NCBI GenBank assembly: GCA_964016885.1
Contig: OZ024741.1
Coordinates: 400,892,001 to 400,956,000, forward strand
Origin: Eledone cirrhosa
Lineage: Eukaryota
Length of the DNA: 64,000 nucleotides
Reading direction: 5' to 3'
Below, in pieces: positions 1 through 12,110 of the stretch (position 1 is its first letter; the number at the start of each line of letters is the position of its first letter). The notes under the pieces are model-generated. The model ran no database searches and had not been told where the DNA came from. It was given only the letters and a program-made list of their open reading frames with translations. The position numbers and the translations under genes were made by a program.

Positions 1-3000
1 TAAGGGTGTTGGACTTATGATCGTAATGTCGTGGGTTTGATTCCTGGACTGGGTGGTACGTGGCCTAGTGGTAAGGGTGTTGGACTTATGATCGTAATGT
101 CGTGGGTTTGATTCCTGGACTGGGTGGTACGTGGCCTAGTGGTAAGGGTGTTGGACTTATGATCGTAATGTCGTGGGTTTGATTCTTGGACTGGGTGATA
201 CATGGCCTAGTGGTAAGGGTGTTGGACTTATGATCGTAATGTCGTGGGTTTGATTCCTGGACTGGGTGGTATGTGGCCTAGTGGTAAGGGTGTTGGACTT
301 ATGATCGTAATGTCGTGGGTTTGATTCCTGGACTGGGTGGTACGTGGCCTAGTGGTAAGGGTGTTGGACTTATGATCGTAATGTCATGGGTTTGATTCCT
401 GAGATGGGTGGTACCTGGCCTAGTGGTAAGGGTGTTGGACTTATGATCGTAATGTCGTGGGTTTGATTCCTGAGATGGGTGGTACGTGGCCTAGTGGTAA
501 GGGTGTTGGACTTATGATCGTAATGTCATGGGTTTGATTCCTGAGATGGGTGGTACGTGGCCTAGTGGTAAGGGTGTTGGACTTATGATCGTAATGTCGT
601 GGGTTTGATTCCTGAGATGGGTGGTACCTGGCCTAGTGGTAAGGGTGTTGGACTTATGATCGTAATGTCGTGGGTTTGATTCCTGAGATGGGTGGTACGT
701 GGCCTAGTGGTAAGGGTGTTGGACTTATGATCGTAATGTCGTGGGTTCGATTCCTGGACTGGGTGGTATGTGGCCTAGTGGTAAGGGTGTTGGACTTATG
801 ATCGTAATGTCGTGGGTTTGATTCTTGGACTGGGTGATACATGGCCTAGTGGTAAGGGTGTTGGACTTATGATCGTAATGTCGTGGGTTTGATTCCTGGA
901 CTGGGTGGTATGTGGCCTAGTGGTAAGGGTGTTGGACTTATGATCGTAATGTCGTGGGTTCGATTCCTAGACTGGGTGGTATGTGGCCTAGTGGTAAGGG
1001 TGTTGGACTTATGATCGTAATGTCGTGGGTTTGATTCCTGAGATGGGTGGTACGTGGCCTAGTGGTAAGGGTGTTGGACTTATGATCGTAATGTCGTGGG
1101 TTTGATTCCTGAGATGGGTGGTACGTGGCCTAGTGGTAAGGGTGTTGGACTTATGATCGTAATGTCGTGGGTTCGATTCCTAGACTGGGTGGTATGTGGC
1201 CTAGTGGTAAGGGTGTTGGACTTATGATCGTAATGTCATGGGTTTGATTCCCGGACTGGGTGATACATGGCCTAGTGGTAAGGGTGTTGAACTTATGATC
1301 GTAATGTCGTGGGTCGATTCCTAGACTGGGTGATATGTGGCCTAGTGGTAAGGGTGTTGGACTTATGATCGTAATGTCATGGGTTTGATTCCCGGACTGG
1401 GTGATACATGGCCTAGTGGTAAGGGTGTTGGACTTATGATCGTAATGTCATGGGTTTGATTCCCGGACTGGGTGATACATGGCCTAGTGGTAAGGGTGTT
1501 GGACTTATGATCGTAATGTCATGGGTTTGATTCCCGGACTGGGTGATACATGGCGTAGTGGTAAGGGTGTTGGACTTATGATCGTAATGTCGTGGGTCGA
1601 TTCCTAGACTGGGTGATATGTGGCGTAGTGGTAAGGGTGTTGGACTTATGATCGTAATGTCATGGGTTTGATTCCCGGACTGGGTGATACATGGCGTAGT
1701 GGTAAGGGTGTTGGACTTATGATCGTAATGTCGTGGGTCGATTCCTAGACTGGGTGATACATGGCCTAGTGGTAAGGGTGTTGGACTTATGATCGTAATG
1801 TCATGGGTTTGATTCCTGGACCGGGTGGTATGTGGCCTAGTGGTAAGGGTGTTGGACTTATGATCGTAATGTCGTGGGTCGATTCCTAGACTGGGTGGTA
1901 TGTGGCCTAGTGGTAAGGGTGTTGGACTTATGATCGTAATGTCATGGGTTTGATTCCTGGACTGGGTGGTACATGGCCTAGTGGTAAGGGTGTTGGACTT
2001 ATGATCGTAATGTCATGGGTTTGATTCCTGAGATGGGTGGTACGTGGCCTAGTGGTAAGGGTGTTGGACTTATGATCGTAATGTCGTGGGTTCGATTCCT
2101 GAGATGGGTGGTACGTGGCCTAGTGGTAAGGGTGTTGGACTTATGATCGTAATGTCATGGGTTTGATTCCTGAGATGGGTGGTACATGGCCTAGTGGTAA
2201 GGGTGTTGGACTTATGATCGTAATGTCATGGGTTTGATTCCTGAGATGGGTGGTACGTGGCCTAGTGGTAAGGGTGTTGGACTTATGATCGTAATGTCGT
2301 GGGTTCGATTCCTAGACTGGGTGGTATGTGGCCTAGTGGTAAGGGTGTTGGACTTATGATCGTAATGTCGTGGGTTCGATTCCTAGACTGGGTGGTATGT
2401 GGCCTAGTGGTAAGGGTGTTGGACTTATGATCGTAATGTCATGGGTTTGATTCCTGAGATGGGTGGTACGTGGCCTAGTGGTAAGGGTGTTGGACTTATG
2501 ATCGTAATGTCGTGGGTTTGATTCCTGAGATGGGTGGTACGTGGCCTAGTGGTAAGGGTGTTGGACTTATGATCGTAATGTCGTGGGTTCGATTCCTAGA
2601 CTGGGTGGTATGTGGCCTAGTGGTAAGGGTGTTGGACTTATGATCGTAATGTCGTGGGTTTGATTCCTGGACTGGGTGGTACATGGCCTAGTGGTAAGGG
2701 TGTTGGACTTATGATCGTAATGTCATGGGTTTGATTCCTGGACTGGGTGGTACATGGCCTAGTGGTAAGGGTGTTGGACTTATGATCGTAATATCGTGGG
2801 TCGATTCCTAGACTGGGTGGTACGTGGCCTAGTGGTAAGGGTGTTGGACTTATGATCGTAATGTCGTGGGTTTGATTTCCAGACTGGGTGGTACGTGGCC
2901 TAGTGGTAAGGGTGTTGGACTTATGATCGTAATGTCGTGGGTTTGATTCCTGGACTGGGTGGTACGTGGCCTAGTGGTAAGGGTGTTGGACTTATGATCG

Positions 3001-6000
3001 TAATGTCGTGGGTTTGATTCCTGAGATGGGTGGTACGTGGCCTAGTGGTAAGGGTGTTGGACTTATGATCGTAATGTCATGGGTTTGATTCCTGAGATGG
3101 GTGGTACGTGGCCTAGTGGTAAGGGTGTTGGACTTATGATCGTAATGTCGTGGGTTTGATTCCTGGACTGGGTGGTACGTGGCCTAGTGGTAAGGGTGTT
3201 GGACTTATGATCGTAATGTCATGGGTTTGATTCCTGAGATGGGTGGTACGTGGCCTAGTGGTAAGGGTGTTGGACTTATGATCGTAATGTCATGGGTTTG
3301 ATTCCTGAGATGGGTGGTACGTGGCCTAGTGGTAAGGGTGTTGGACTTATGATCGTAATGTCATGGGTTTGATTGCTAGACTGGGTGATACATGGCCTAG
3401 TGGTAAGGGTGTTGGACTTATGATCGTAATGTCGTGGGTTTGATTCCTGAGATGGGTGGTACGTGGCCTAGTGGTAAGGGTGTTGGACTTATGATCGTAA
3501 TGTCATGGGTTTGATTCCTGAGATGGGTGGTACGTGGCCTAGTGGTAAGGGTGTTGGACTTATGATCGTAATGTCATGGGTTTGATTCCTGAGATGGGTG
3601 GTATGTGGCCTAGTGGTAAGGGTGTTGGACTTATGATCGTAATGTCATGGGTTTGATTGCTAGACTGGGTGATACATGGCCTAGTGGTAAGGGTGTTGGA
3701 CTTATGATCGTAATGTCGTGGGTTTGATTCCTGGACTGGGTGGTACATGGCCTAGTGGTAAGGGTGTTGGACTTATGATCGTAATGTCGTGGGTTTGATT
3801 CCTGGACTGGGTGGTACGTGGCCTAGTGGTAAGGGTGTTGGACTTATGATCGTAATGTCGTGGGTTTGATTCCTGAGATGGGTGGTACGTGGCCTAGTGG
3901 TAAGGGTGTTGGACTTATGATCGTAATGTCATGGGTTTGATTCCTGAGATGGGTGGTACGTGGCCTAGTGGTAAGGGTGTTGGACTTATGATCGTAATGT
4001 CATGGGTTTGATTCCTGAGATGGGTGGTACGTGGCCTAGTGGTAAGGGTGTTGGACTTATGATCGTAATGTCATGGGTTTGATTCCTGAGATGGGTGGTA
4101 CGTGGCCTAGTGGTAAGGGTGTTGGACTTATGATCGTAATGTCATGGGTTTGATTCCTGAGATGGGTGGTACGTGGCCTAGTGGTAAGGGTGTTGGACTT
4201 ATGATCGTAATGTCATGGGTTTGATTCCTGAGATGGGTGGTACGTGGCCTAGTGGTAAGGGTGTTGGACTTATGATCGTAATGTCATGGGTTTGATTCCT
4301 GAGATGGGTGGTACGTGGCCTAGTGGTAAGGGTGTTGGACTTATGATCGTAATGTCGTGGGTTTGATTCCTGAGATGGGTGGTACGTGGCCTAGTGGTAA
4401 GGGTGTTGGACTTATGATCGTAATGTCGTGGGTTTGATTCCTGAGATGGGTGGTACGTGGCCTAGTGGTAAGGGTGTTGGACTTATGATCGTAATGTCAT
4501 GGGTTTGATTCCTGAGATGGGTGGTACGTGGCCTAGTGGTAAGGGTGTTGGACTTATGATCGTAATGTCATGGGTTTGATTCCTGAGATGGGTGGTACGT
4601 GGCCTAGTGGTAAGGGTGTTGGACTTATGATCGTAATGTCATGGGTTTGATTCCTGAGATGGGTGGTACGTGGCCTAGTGGTAAGGGTGTTGGACTTATG
4701 ATCGTAATGTCATGGGTTTGATTCCTGAGATGGGTGGTACGTGGCCTAGTGGTAAGGGTGTTGGACTTATGATCGTAATGTCATGGGTTTGATTCCTGAG
4801 ATGGGTGGTACGTGGCCTAGTGGTAAGGGTGTTGGACTTATGATCGTAATGTCATGGGTTTGATTCCTGAGATGGGTGGTACGTGGCCTAGTGGTAAGGG
4901 TGTTGGACTTATGATCGTAATGTCGTGGGTCGATTCCTAGACTGGGTGATACATGGCCTAGTGGTAAGGGTGTTGGACTTATGATCGTAATGTCATGGGT
5001 TTGATTCCTGGACCGGGTGGTATGTGGCCTAGTGGTAAGGGTGTTGGACTTATGATCGTAATGTCGTGGGTCGATTCCTAGACTGGGTGGTATGTGGCCT
5101 AGTGGTAAGGGTGTTGGACTTATGATCGTAATGTCATGGGTTTGATTCCTGGACTGGGTGGTACATGGCCTAGTGGTAAGGGTGTTGGACTTATGATCGT
5201 AATATCGTGGGTCGATTCCTAGACTGGGTGGTACGTGGCCTAGTGGTAAGGGTGTTGGACTTATGATCGTAATGTCGTGGGTTTGATTCCTGGACTGGGT
5301 GGTACGTGGCCTAGTGGTAAGGGTGTTGGACTTATGATCGTAATATCGTGGGTTTGATTTCCAGACTGGGTGGTACGTGGCCTAGTGGTAAGGGTGTTGG
5401 ACTTATGATCGTAATGTCGTGGGTTTGATTCCTGGACTGGGTGGTACGTGGCCTAGTGGTAAGGGTGTTGGACTTATGATCGTAATATCGTGGGTTTGAT
5501 TTCCAGACTGGGTGGTACGTGGCCTAGTGGTAAGGGTGTTGGACTTATGATCGTAATGTCGTGGGTTTGATTCCTGGACTGGGTGGTACGTGGCCTAGTG
5601 GTAAGGGTGTTGGACTTATGATCGTAATGTCGTGGGTTTGATTCCTGAGATGGGTGGTACGTGGCCTAGTGGTAAGGGTGTTGGACTTATGATCGTAATG
5701 TCATGGGTTTGATTCCTGAGATGGGTGGTACGTGGCCTAGTGGTAAGGGTGTTGGACTTATGATCGTAATGTCATGGGTTTGATTCCTGAGATGGGTGGT
5801 ACGTGGCCTAGTGGTAAGGGTGTTGGACTTATGATCGTAATGTCATGGGTTTGATTGCTAGACTGGGTGATACATGGCCTAGTGGTAAGGGTGTTGGACT
5901 TATGATCGTAATGTCGTGGGTTTGATTCCTGAGATGGGTGGTACGTGGCCTAGTGGTAAGGGTGTTGGACTTATGATCGTAATGTCATGGGTTTGATTCC

Positions 6001-9000
6001 TGAGATGGGTGGTACGTGGCCTAGTGGTAAGGGTGTTGGACTTATGATCGTAATGTCATGGGTTTGATTCCTGAGATGGGTGGTATGTGGCCTAGTGGTA
6101 AGGGTGTTGGACTTATGATCGTAATGTCATGGGTTTGATTGCTAGACTGGGTGATACATGGCCTAGTGGTAAGGGTGTTGGACTTATGATCGTAATGTCG
6201 TGGGTTTGATTCCTGGACTGGGTGGTACATGGCCTAGTGGTAAGGGTGTTGGACTTATGATCGTAATGTCGTGGGTTTGATTCCTGGACTGGGTGGTACG
6301 TGGCCTAGTGGTAAGGGTGTTGGACTTATGATCGTAATGTCATGGGTTTGATTCCTGAGATGGGTGGTACGTGGCCTAGTGGTAAGGGTGTTGGACTTAT
6401 GATCGTAATGTCATGGGTTTGATTCCTGAGATGGGTGGTACGTGGCCTAGTGGTAAGGGTGTTGGACTTATGATCGTAATGTCATGGGTTTGATTCCTGA
6501 GATGGGTGGTACGTGGCCTAGTGGTAAGGGTGTTGGACTTATGATCGTAATGTCATGGGTTTGATTCCTGAGATGGGTGGTACGTGGCCTAGTGGTAAGG
6601 GTGTTGGACTTATGATCGTAATGTCATGGGTTTGATTCCTGAGATGGGTGGTACGTGGCCTAGTGGTAAGGGTGTTGGACTTATGATCGTAATGTCATGG
6701 GTTTGATTCCTGAGATGGGTGGTACGTGGCCTAGTGGTAAGGGTGTTGGACTTATGATCGTAATGTCATGGGTTTGATTCCTGAGATGGGTGGTACGTGG
6801 CCTAGTGGTAAGGGTGTTGGACTTATGATCGTAATGTCGTGGGTTTGATTCCTGAGATGGGTGGTACGTGGCCTAGTGGTAAGGGTGTTGGACTTATGAT
6901 CGTAATGTCGTGGGTTTGATTCCTGAGATGGGTGGTACGTGGCCTAGTGGTAAGGGTGTTGGACTTATGATCGTAATGTCATGGGTTTGATTCCTGAGAT
7001 GGGTGGTACGTGGCCTAGTGGTAAGGGTGTTGGACTTATGATCGTAATGTCATGGGTTTGATTCCTGAGATGGGTGGTACGTGGCCTAGTGGTAAGGGTG
7101 TTGGACTTATGATCGTAATGTCATGGGTTTGATTCCTGAGATGGGTGGTACGTGGCCTAGTGGTAAGGGTGTTGGACTTATGATCGTAATGTCATGGGTT
7201 TGATTCCTGAGATGGGTGGTACGTGGCCTAGTGGTAAGGGTGTTGGACTTATGATCGTAATGTCATGGGTTTGATTCCTGAGATGGGTGGTACGTGGCCT
7301 AGTGGTAAGGGTGTTGGACTTATGATCGTAATGTCATGGGTTTGATTCCTGAGATGGGTGGTACGTGGCCTAGTGGTAAGGGTGTTGGACTTATGATCGT
7401 AATGTCGTGGGTTTGATTCCTGAGATGGGTGGTACGTGGCCTAGTGGTAAGGGTGTTGGACTTATGATCGTAATGTCGTGGGTTTGATTCCTGAGATGGG
7501 TGGTACGTGGCCTAGTGGTAAGGGTGTTGGACTTATGATCGTAATGTCATGGGTTTGATTCCTGAGATGGGTGGTACGTGGCCTAGTGGTAAGGGTGTTG
7601 GACTTATGATCGTAATGTCATGGGTTTGATTCCTAGACTGGGTGATACATGGCCTAGTGGTAAGGGTGTTGGACTTATGATCGTAATGTCGTGGGTTTGA
7701 TTCCTGGACTGGGTGGTATGTGGCCTAGTGGTAAGGGTGTTGGACTTATGATCGTAATGTCGTGGGTTTGATTCCTGAGATGGGTGGTACGTGGCCTAGT
7801 GGTAAGGGTGTTGGACTTATGATCGTAATGTCATGGGTTTGATTCCTAGACTGGGTGATACATGGCCTAGTGGTAAGGGTGTTGGACTTATGATCGTAAT
7901 GTCGTGGGTTTGATTCCTGGACTGGGTGGTATGTGGCCTAGTGGTAAGGGTGTTGGACTTATGATCGTAATGTCGTGGGTTTGATTCCTGAGATGGGTGG
8001 TATGTGGCCTAGTGGTAAGGGTGTTGGACTTATGATCGTAATGTCGTGGGTTTGATTCCTGGACTGGGTGGTATGTGGCCTAGTGGTAAGGGTGTTGGAC
8101 TTATGATCGTAATGTCGTGGGTTTGATTCCTGGACTGGGTGGTATGTGGCCTAGTGGTAAGGGTGTTGGACTTATGATCGTAATGTCGTGGGTTTGATTC
8201 CTGGACTGGGTGGTACATGGCCTAGTGGTAAGGGTGTTGGACTTATGATCGTAATGTCATGGGTTTGATTCCTGAGATGGGTGGTACGTGGCCTAGTGGT
8301 AAGGGTGTTGGACTTATGATCGTAATGTCGTGGGTTCGATTCCTGGACTGGGTGGTACGTGGCCTAGTGGTAAGGGTGTTGGACTTATGATCGTAATATC
8401 ATGGGTTTGATTCCTGGACTGGGTGGTACATGGCCTAGTGGTAAGGGTGTTGGACTTATGATCGTAATGTCATGGGTTTGATTCCTAGACTGGGTGGTAT
8501 GTGGCCTAGTGGTAAGGGTGTTGGACTTATGATCGTAATATCATGGGTTTGATTCCTAGACTGGGTGGTACGTGGCCTAGTGGTAAGGGTGTTGGACTTA
8601 TGATCGTAATGTCATGGGTTTGATTCCTGGACTGGGTGGTACATGGCCTAGTGGTAAGGGTGTTGGACTTATGATCGTAATGTCATGGGTTTGATTCCTG
8701 AGATGGGTGGTACGTGGCCTAGTGGTAAGGGTGTTGGACTTATGATCGTAATGTCGTGGGTTTGATTCCTGTGATGGGTGGTACGTGGCCTAGTGGTAAG
8801 GGTGTTGGACTTATGATCGTAATGTCGTGGGTTTGATTCCATGACTGGGTGGTATGTGGCCTAGTGGTAAGGGTGTTGGACTTATGATCGTAATGTCGTG
8901 GGTTTGATTCCATGACTGGGTGGTATGTGGCCTAGTGGTAAGGGTGTTGGACTTATGATCGTAATGTCGTGGGTTTGATTCCTGAGATGGGTGGTACGTG

Positions 9001-10130
9001 GCCTAGTGGTAAGGGTGTTGGACTTATGATCGTAATGTCATGGGTTTGATTCCTGGACTGGGTGGTACATGACCTAGTGGTAAGGGTGTTGGACTTATGA
9101 TCGTAATGTCGTGGGTTTGATTCCATGACTGGGTGGTATGTGGCCTAGTGGTAAGGGTGTTGGACTTATGATCGTAATGTCGTGGGTTTGATTCCTGAGA
9201 TGGGTGGTACGTGGCCTAGTGGTAAGGGTGTTGGACTTATGATCGTAATGTCGTGGGTTTGATTCCTGAGATGGGTGGTACGTGGCCTAGTCGTAAGGGT
9301 GTTGGACTTATGATCGTAATGTCGTGGGTTTGATTCCTGTGATGGGTGGTACGTGGCCTAGTGGTAAGGGTGTTGGACTTATGATCGTAATGTCGTGGGT
9401 TTGATTCCTGAGATGGGTGGTACGTGGCCTAGTGGTAAGGGTGTTGGACTTATGATCGTAATGTCGTGGGTTTGATTCCTGGACTGGGTGGTATGTGGCC
9501 TAGTGGTAAGGGTGTTGGACTTATGATCGTAATGTCGTGGGTTTGATTCCTGAGATGGGTGGTACGTGGCCTAGTGGTAAGGGTGTTGGACTTATGATCG
9601 TAATGTCGTGGGTTTGATTCCTGGACTGGGTGGTACATGGCCTAGTGGTAAGGGTGTTGGAATTATGATCGTAATGTCATGGGTTTGATTCCTGAGCTGG
9701 GTGGTACGTGGCCTAGTGGTAAGGGTGTTGGACTTATGATCGTAATGTCGTGGGTTTGATTCCTGGACTGGGTGGTACATGGCCTAGTGGTAAGGGTGTT
9801 GGACTTATGATCGTAATGTCGTGGGTTTGATTCCTGGACTGGGTGGTACATGGCCTAGTGGTAAGGGTGTTGGACTTATGATCGTAATGTCATGGGTTTG
9901 ATTCCTGGACTGGGTGGTACATGGCCTAGTGGTAAGGGTGTTGGACTTATGATCGTAATGTCGTGGGTTTGATTCCTGGACTGGGTGGTACATGGCCTAG
10001 TGGTAAGGGTGTTGGACTTTTGATCATAATGTCGTATGTTCCATTCCTAGACTGGGTGGTATGTGACCTAGTGGTAAGGGTGTTGGACTTATTATCGTAA
10101 TGTCATGGGTTCAATTCCTGGGCTTGGTTG
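1..10130 (+). repeat. 71-bp tandem satellite derived from a tRNA-like SINE head (~140 copies in the window, continues off the left edge)
   Basis: Unit TGGCCTAGTGGTAAGGGTGTTGGACTTATGATCGTAATGTCRTGGGTTYGATTCCTGGACTGGGTGGTAYR recurs every 71 bp (a few 70-bp units). It has a Pol III A-box-like TGGCCTAGTGG and a B-box-like GGTTYGATTCC. The last two units are more diverged. Confidence 0.97.
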
Positions 10131-10345
10131 TGTGTTGTGTTCTTGAGCAAAACACTTCATGTCACATTGCTTCAGTATACTCAGCTGAAAAGAAAATGTG
10201 TATCAGCAATAGCTGGAGGTTTAACCCAGTGATGGACTGGCGTCTTGTCCAGGGGGAAGTCTTGTACTGTCAGTTTCTTCTCACCATGGAAACCATGATG
10301 AGCGCCAGCCTGTTGAGGCTCCGGGTTTGAGACAGACTTTAGACT
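10064..10345 (+). mobile_element. tRNA-derived SINE (CORE-like), parent of the 71-bp satellite
   Basis: The last tRNA-like unit runs directly into TGTGTTCTTGAGCAAAACACTTCA, which resembles the CORE-SINE motif TGTGACCTTGGGCAAGTCACTTAA. It continues through GATGGACTGGCGTCTTGTCCAGGGG to a short GACTTTAGACT end. The family call is from recalled similarity. Confidence 0.75.
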
Positions 10346-10421
10346 CTCTGACTGGTTCTTTTTACAACTGTTTTGTCAGAGATTGCCAGGCAATATCATA
10401 GATATTATTGTGTATTGATCA

Positions 10422-10578
10422 AGTATACAGAATTTCCCATAGACAGCTAGTATTAAACTCCTCTATTGTCACCTGGAGGACTATAATAAACAGTGGTGGG
10501 TTGAGGACTGAGCTCTGATCAACACCTACTTGCACATTGAACTCACTAAACCCATTACCTAGTCTCACTTTACTGATA
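10422..10578 (-). mobile_element. Degenerate RTE LINE reverse-transcriptase fragment
   Basis: Translation ISKVRLGNGFSEFNVQVGVDQSSVLNPPLFIIVLQVTIEEFNTSCLWEILYT aligns with SKVRVGMEFSEEFQIQVGVHQGSVLSPLLFIIVLQAITEEFKTGCPWELLYA of the ORF at 15844-17520. Confidence 0.88.
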
Positions 10579-10683
10579 GCCTCTCTCTCTCTCTCTCTCT
10601 CTAACCCTATATATATATATATATTTAACAATTCTAACGTTCAGTTACTGTAGGTTCACCTATATATATATATAAATATACAT

Positions 10684-10790
10684 TGACAGAATCGTTAGAA
10701 CATTGGATAGAATGCTAGGTCAACTTTGCCTTTTATCTTTTCAAGGTCAATAAAAAAGAGTACTAGTCAAGTACTAGGGTCGATCTTTCT
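10684..10790 (+). mobile_element. Internally deleted SINE remnant (Nin/Deu-domain-like)
   Basis: GGTCAACTTTGCCTTTTATCTTTTCAAGGTCAATAAAAAAGAGTACTAGTCAAGTACTAGGGTCGAT is homologous to the reverse complement of 12325-12470 and 14360-14537. Confidence 0.65.
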
Positions 10791-11126
10791 TCTATATTTC
10801 TTTCTCACTTCCTCTCTATCACTCTCTCTCCTTCTCTGGCAGAAATCTGCTGTATTCAGACCAGGAGAGGAGATGGGCTCTGCCAGGTTTAAAAATACCC
10901 AAGAAATGCTGTATTCCACTGCAGTGTCCCTATGAATCCATTGGGAGTTACAGGATCATACCACTATACAGCCCCAACTACAATAAACAGTTGATCCCAC
11001 AAAATGTCATCTCATATATTTGAGCCCTGAAAATAGGAATCAGTGATATAATCTTCATTAAAATTAATCATTAGATTAAATTTTTCACAATTCTGATTTT
11101 TACAAGATCTATTTATTTATTTTCAG

Positions 11127-11194
11127 AAAATCTAAAAAACTTTTTTACAAGTCTATCTTTCCTCGTGTACACTAGTCATGCTCTCTCCTGTTGG
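11127..11194 (+). CDS. SLC40A1: Ferroportin (SLC40A1) internal exon, equivalent to vertebrate exon 2
   Basis: 68-bp exon between a TTTATTTTCAG acceptor and a GTAAGT donor. Two bases complete a codon, then it encodes NLKNFFTSLSFLVYTSHALSCW (human FPN: [22 protein letters not shown]). It splices in frame to the next exon to give W-GDRMW. Too short for the ORF track. Confidence 0.92.
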
Positions 11195-11262
11195 GTAAGT
11201 AAAAGACAGCTTTCTTACATTTTTAAATATTAAGAGTTGTCACAGTCCCTTGGCTTCATGGT

Positions 11263-11489
11263 CTAACCCTTTAATGCTCAAACCGGCCCAAACTGGCCAG
11301 AATTCTCTACCTCTTTCTGTTCCAACTGGCAGTAACTGGCCACTCATACTGATGTTAAGGTATTGCTCTCAAAATAAATACTTTCAAAATCTCATAGATT
11401 CGATATTATGTGAGATATTATGTGAGCTAAAGCCTTTACCATGAAAATATAATAGTATATATAGAGTAATGTAAATGTTAAAGGGTTAA
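11263..11489. mobile_element. piggyBac-type MITE, copy 1
   Basis: Ends are (C)TAACCCTTTA and TAAAGGGTTAA. The interior is similar to the copy at 11565-11783. Confidence 0.75.
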
Positions 11490-11564
11490 AGCATCTAGCC
11501 GGTATTTGGGAGATATGGAGTTTCAATTTCTCATAGCAGCTGGTGGCAACTTCTTTTTCAATTT

Positions 11565-11783
11565 TTAACCCTTTAGCATTTAAACTGGCCAGAATTTTCT
11601 TACCTCTTTCTGTTAAAACTGGCCACAACTGGCCCCTCATACCGACGTTAAGGTATTGTTCTCAAAATAAATAATATCAAAATCTCATACATTTGATATT
11701 ATGTAAGATAAATCTGTGAGGTAAAGCCTTTACCACGAAAATACAATAGTAAATATAGAGCAATGTAAATGCTAAAGGGTTAA
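11565..11783. mobile_element. piggyBac-type MITE, copy 2
   Basis: TTAA-CCCTTTAGCATTTA ... TAAATGCTAAAGGG-TTAA: perfect 14-bp terminal inverted repeats starting CCC, flanked by TTAA, with no coding capacity. Confidence 0.85.
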
Positions 11784-11950
11784 AGGTCTTTATCCTATTT
11801 TATAAGCTATTTTATAGTATCTCCACACACGAGTACACCACTCTCTCTCAAAATTTAAAACCAATCTGAAGGTGTTTGGATGATTTGAATTTCGGGGAGA
11901 GATGCTGTGCTGAAAAAGACCATACACTACACTATATGTTTATTTTACAG

Positions 11951-12110
11951 GGAGACCGTATGTGGTCATTTTCGGTTGGACTCTTCCTCATAGAGATTGC
12001 TCCTGAGAATCTAAGACTGACCGCAACATATGGCTTTGTATCTGGCACTATGGTCTTTTTCTTAGGTGCCATCATTGGCAATTGGGTGGACAAAACTGAA
12101 CGGTTAAAAA
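11951..12110 (+). CDS. SLC40A1: Ferroportin (SLC40A1) internal exon, equivalent to vertebrate exon 3
   Basis: 160-bp exon between TTTTACAG and GTAAGT. Encodes GDRMWSFSVGLFLIEIAPENLRLTATYGFVSGTMVFFLGAIIGNWVDKTERLK plus 1 nt (human: [53 protein letters not shown]). The GDRMW motif with the metal-binding Asp (human D39) is retained. Confidence 0.96.

Noticed and set aside
15-9993. Repeated 62-aa minus-strand ORFs (MYHPVQESNPRH...)
   Set aside because: By-products of a 71-bp period cycling through the three frames; no independent coding evidence.
1-10130. Tandem cluster of functional tRNA genes
   Set aside because: A/B boxes and weak D/T arms are present, but the acceptor and anticodon stems do not pair convincingly, most B boxes are mutated, and there are no spacers or terminators between units.
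10873-10890. ATGGGCTCTGCCAG|GT as the ferroportin first coding exon
   Set aside because: It gives 14 coding nt (phase 2) whereas the next exon needs phase 1, and the donor GTTTAA is weak.
10910-10940. CAGTGT as an iron-responsive element loop upstream of the ferroportin exons
   Set aside because: The flanks (CACTG and CCCTA) do not form the required 5-bp upper stem, and the site appears intronic.
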